Shown one piece after another: positions 61,561-64,000 of a stretch of 64,000 bases of DNA; position 1 is the first letter of the stretch, and the number at the start of each line of letters is the position of its first letter. Position numbers and translations under genes: made by a program. A model generated the notes under the pieces. It did not search any database and had not been told where the DNA came from. It saw only the letters and a program-made list of their open reading frames with translations. Origin of the DNA: Candidatus Parcubacteria bacterium (GTDB taxonomy: Bacteria; Patescibacteriota; Patescibacteriia; UBA1558; GWA2-36-10); the NCBI GenBank assembly GCA_018669975.1, contig JABHSK010000005.1, positions 57,123 through 121,122 on the forward strand. The letters are read 5' to 3'.

Positions 61561-61894
61561 AATTTGGGTGCAGAAGGTGGAGTTGAACCACATCCATTTG
61601 GACCGGTAGGTCATTGATTTGACGGGAACACCCATCCCTTAAACCGGCAACTGCCCAACATAAGTTGCTCTACAAAGAGCGGAACTGGAGGTGAGATTGC
61701 CCAACTTTGGACCTAAGCCCGTTGAAACCAGGTTACTAGGTTGAAATTATTGAGCCGGAGCCCTATAAAATCAGCTAATATAATCTGTTCTCGCCCCTCC
61801 AAATCTACTCTTTGCAAAAACTTTATTTTTCTAAGTTCTTTATTGTAATAGAGCATTATAGCATATATTTCATATCTTGTCAAGGGTATAAAAG

Positions 61895-61937
61895 GGTTAA
61901 AAAAAAGACCGTCGAGCGATGAACTCGACGGTGTAAT
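61895..61937 (-). terminator. intrinsic terminator for the SPFH-like gene
   Basis: On the minus strand: accgtcgag-ttcatcg-ctcgacggt plus T8. Confidence 0.8.
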
Positions 61938-61939
61938 AA

Positions 61940-62731
61940 TCAGGCCACCCTAGCCAGTAGATTAGATTTACCATTCCAGACAAAGTGTACAGACAGGAAT
62001 TCGTTGGTCTCAGTACTCCATTTATTTTCCAAGATATCAAAGATAGACATACCTACTGCTTGAGCAATTATTTGCTGCTTGATGTAGTCAACGTAGTGCT
62101 TTTCCAGGGCATGGGAGTCAACCTGGCGAGGTTGCCGACCATAGTTGAGTATCAATTTGATGGTGCCATTGAGATTGAGGCGCTTGCCTTCCTGACAGAT
62201 AATCTCCAAGTCTTTGAGATGTATCTTTGGTGTGGTGATAACGCGCAAGGCATAACTTCCCCCAGGACGTAGGTGGAATTGTTCACCGCCATAGTATAAT
62301 TGCTGTTTGAATCGGATTACATCACCTTCTGTAACTAGGCAGCACCTCCATACGCGGTACATTAGTAGTATCTGCAAGCCAAAAGTAGCTAGAGCGATAA
62401 TAGGAAGTTTACTGTTGAATTCGGGACTGACAAGGGGAGTTAGAAATAACATAAAGCTGACAAATATATTGCAGACAGCTAGTGGCCAACCTAGACCATG
62501 GGCAATAATGCCCAGGATTTTGCTGGGGTATTGGCAACGTGAAATACTGCGTTGCATGACCAGTAGTAGTGACGACATTAGCATGCAGAAGCCTAGTCCA
62601 CCGAGAGCTAGTCTAAAAATGGTAGAAAATGACCAATCTGTCGGATTTTCTTCGGTTGGCGTAAAGGTGCCATTAAGTAATAGGCCAAGGCCAAGGAAAA
62701 TAACAAATACGAACAACATCATCCATTTCAT
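61940..62731 (-). CDS. membrane protein: N-terminal 4-TM region plus C-terminal SPFH/band-7-like domain (GC-rich islet gene)
   Basis: AGGAGA SD; hydrophobic N-terminal half; C-terminal half YALRVITTPKIHLKDLEIICQEGKRLNLNGTIKLILNY...IFDILENK resembles the SPFH core pattern. Confidence 0.4.
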   Translation of the reverse strand: MKWMMLFVFVIFLGLGLLLNGTFTPTEENPTDWSFSTIFRLALGGLGFCMLMSSLLLVMQRSISRCQYPSKILGIIAHGLGWPLAVCNIFVSFMLFLTPLVSPEFNSKLPIIALATFGLQILLMYRVWRCCLVTEGDVIRFKQQLYYGGEQFHLRPGGSYALRVITTPKIHLKDLEIICQEGKRLNLNGTIKLILNYGRQPRQVDSHALEKHYVDYIKQQIIAQAVGMSIFDILENKWSTETNEFLSVHFVWNGKSNLLARVA

Positions 62732-62888
62732 GATTTTTTCTCCTGTTTTTTGAGTGGTTTTGATTGGGTAGGAACGATATTAAGATAAGCTAATATATCA
62801 ATTTCGTAGTTTTATGTCAATTGTGTATAAAATTGTTTGACAATAGCTGATTTTTACCATAAAATAAGCCTACTTTTAAGATAAATTT

Positions 62889-63263
62889 ATGGCAAATTAT
62901 AAACAAATGGACAAGGTTTTAGAGCTAGCAGCCAAAACTGGTGATAAGGTCATTGTATTATCAGAAAATCACGACCCTTATGTAGTGATGCCAGTCAAGG
63001 AGTATGAGGTTTTATTACAAGGTTCATCCACTGTAGATGGTCTAACTGAGGAGCAATTATTAGATAAAATAAACCGTGATATTGCTGTTTGGAAATCATC
63101 TCAAGATGACTTGGAAGATTACAATTTAGATCAATTTAAGGTGGAGTCACTTAAAAAAGTTGATGTAAGTAAAAAGGCGGTTGATAATAAAGTTCAGGAG
63201 CCAAAAATTGAGAAAGTTGAAGTCGAAGAAGAGGATAGGTATTATATTGAGCCTGTAGACTAG
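62889..63263 (+). CDS. hypothetical protein with a Phd/YefM-antitoxin-like N-terminal domain and an acidic/Lys-rich C-terminal tail
   Basis: MDKVLELAAKTGDKVIVLSENHDPYVVMPVKEYEVLL fits the YefM/Phd N-terminal pattern; no toxin gene adjacent. Confidence 0.35.
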   Translation: MANYKQMDKVLELAAKTGDKVIVLSENHDPYVVMPVKEYEVLLQGSSTVDGLTEEQLLDKINRDIAVWKSSQDDLEDYNLDQFKVESLKKVDVSKKAVDNKVQEPKIEKVEVEEEDRYYIEPVD

Positions 63264-63452
63264 TATTTTAGCTAACATTAGCTCATAAGTACTAAAAACA
63301 CAGATTATGCCCCAGGGGGCTTGCAAAAATTTAAGAACAGTGCTATAATCTGTGTGTTTTAAAAAACAATTATTAAGTAATTAATTTAAAAGATAGTTGG
63401 GTTACAAAGGCCCTTTATTTGTAGGGTCACTATCAAAGGAGAAACATAAAAA

Positions 63453-64000
63453 ATGGCAGAAGTTTTTAAAAGAGAAAAACCCCACATAAATGTAGGTACC
63501 ATTGGTCACGTTGATCACGGTAAAACTACATTAACTGCAGCTATTCTAAAAGTTTTAGCAACTGCTGGTGGTGTTGCTCAACAAAAGGACGTTGATCAAA
63601 TTGACAACGCTCCAGAAGAAAAAGAGCGTGGTATTACTATTGCTACTGCTCACGTAGAGTATGAAAGTGAAGCAAGACACTATGCTCATGTTGACTGTCC
63701 AGGTCATGCTGACTATGTCAAAAATATGATCACTGGTGCAGCTCAAATGGATGGTGCTATCTTGGTTGTTTCAGCCGCTGATGGTCCTATGCCCCAAACT
63801 AGAGAACACATCTTACTTGCTCGTCAAGTTGGAGTTCCTTACATTGTTGTTTTCTTAAACAAGATGGATCAGGTTGATGATCCAGAACTAGTTGATCTAG
63901 TTGAGGAAGAAATTAGGGATTTATTGAAAAAATATGAATTCCCTGGTGACGATGTGCCTATTATCAGAGGAACAGCTTTGAAAGCTCTAGAAGATCCTGC
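63453..64000 (+). CDS. tuf: elongation factor Tu (N-terminal part; 3' end beyond the window)
   Basis: [35 protein letters not shown]; AAAGGAG SD. Confidence 0.95.
   Translation, partial: MAEVFKREKPHINVGTIGHVDHGKTTLTAAILKVLATAGGVAQQKDVDQIDNAPEEKERGITIATAHVEYESEARHYAHVDCPGHADYVKNMITGAAQMDGAILVVSAADGPMPQTREHILLARQVGVPYIVVFLNKMDQVDDPELVDLVEEEIRDLLKKYEFPGDDVPIIRGTALKALEDP

Noticed and set aside
61560-61700. tRNA-like stem-loops (GGTGG-AGTTGAA-CCAC) in the intergenic GC-rich spacer
   Set aside because: No acceptor stem could be paired on either strand and no canonical T-loop (TTCGAAT) is present; not a tRNA.

Overview
The window is AT-rich (about 33-36% GC) with tightly packed short genes; standard genetic code is likely, because TGA is used as a stop and an intact RF2 is present. 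The content looks like a reduced-genome, CPR/Patescibacteria-like organism. Housekeeping backbone: partial UvrD-nuclease fusion, pheS-pheT, gyrB, secE-nusG-rplK-rplA, pepA, pth, der, an LCP protein, lepB, hisS, rpsU, ybeY, dgkA, ftsA-ftsZ, nrdR, prfB, split comEC, ndk, purA, rpmB, an M50 protease, rpsL-rpsG-[extra gene]-fusA, cspA, partial tuf. Embedded features of note: (1) two ORF-free GC-rich islands (about 48.8-49.66 kb and 54.46-55.48 kb), each behind a near-consensus sigma70 promoter and ending in an intrinsic terminator, which I read as candidate large structured ncRNAs; (2) a 14-kb surface-protein locus with a 3114-aa multidomain giant protein and a 554-aa paralog sharing a signal-peptide plus two-helix N-terminal module, followed by Cys-rich and Ca-binding-repeat membrane proteins; (3) a higher-GC islet (59.7-63.3 kb) inserted between fusA/csp and tuf, carrying an IMPase-like gene, two small peptides with strong SDs (one behind a structured leader), an SPFH-like membrane protein and a Phd/YefM-like protein; (4) a duplicated SD-less leader upstream of both rplK and rplA; (5) several single-gene GC-rich cassettes with strong SDs and TTG starts. 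No tRNA, rRNA or CRISPR array was recognised.
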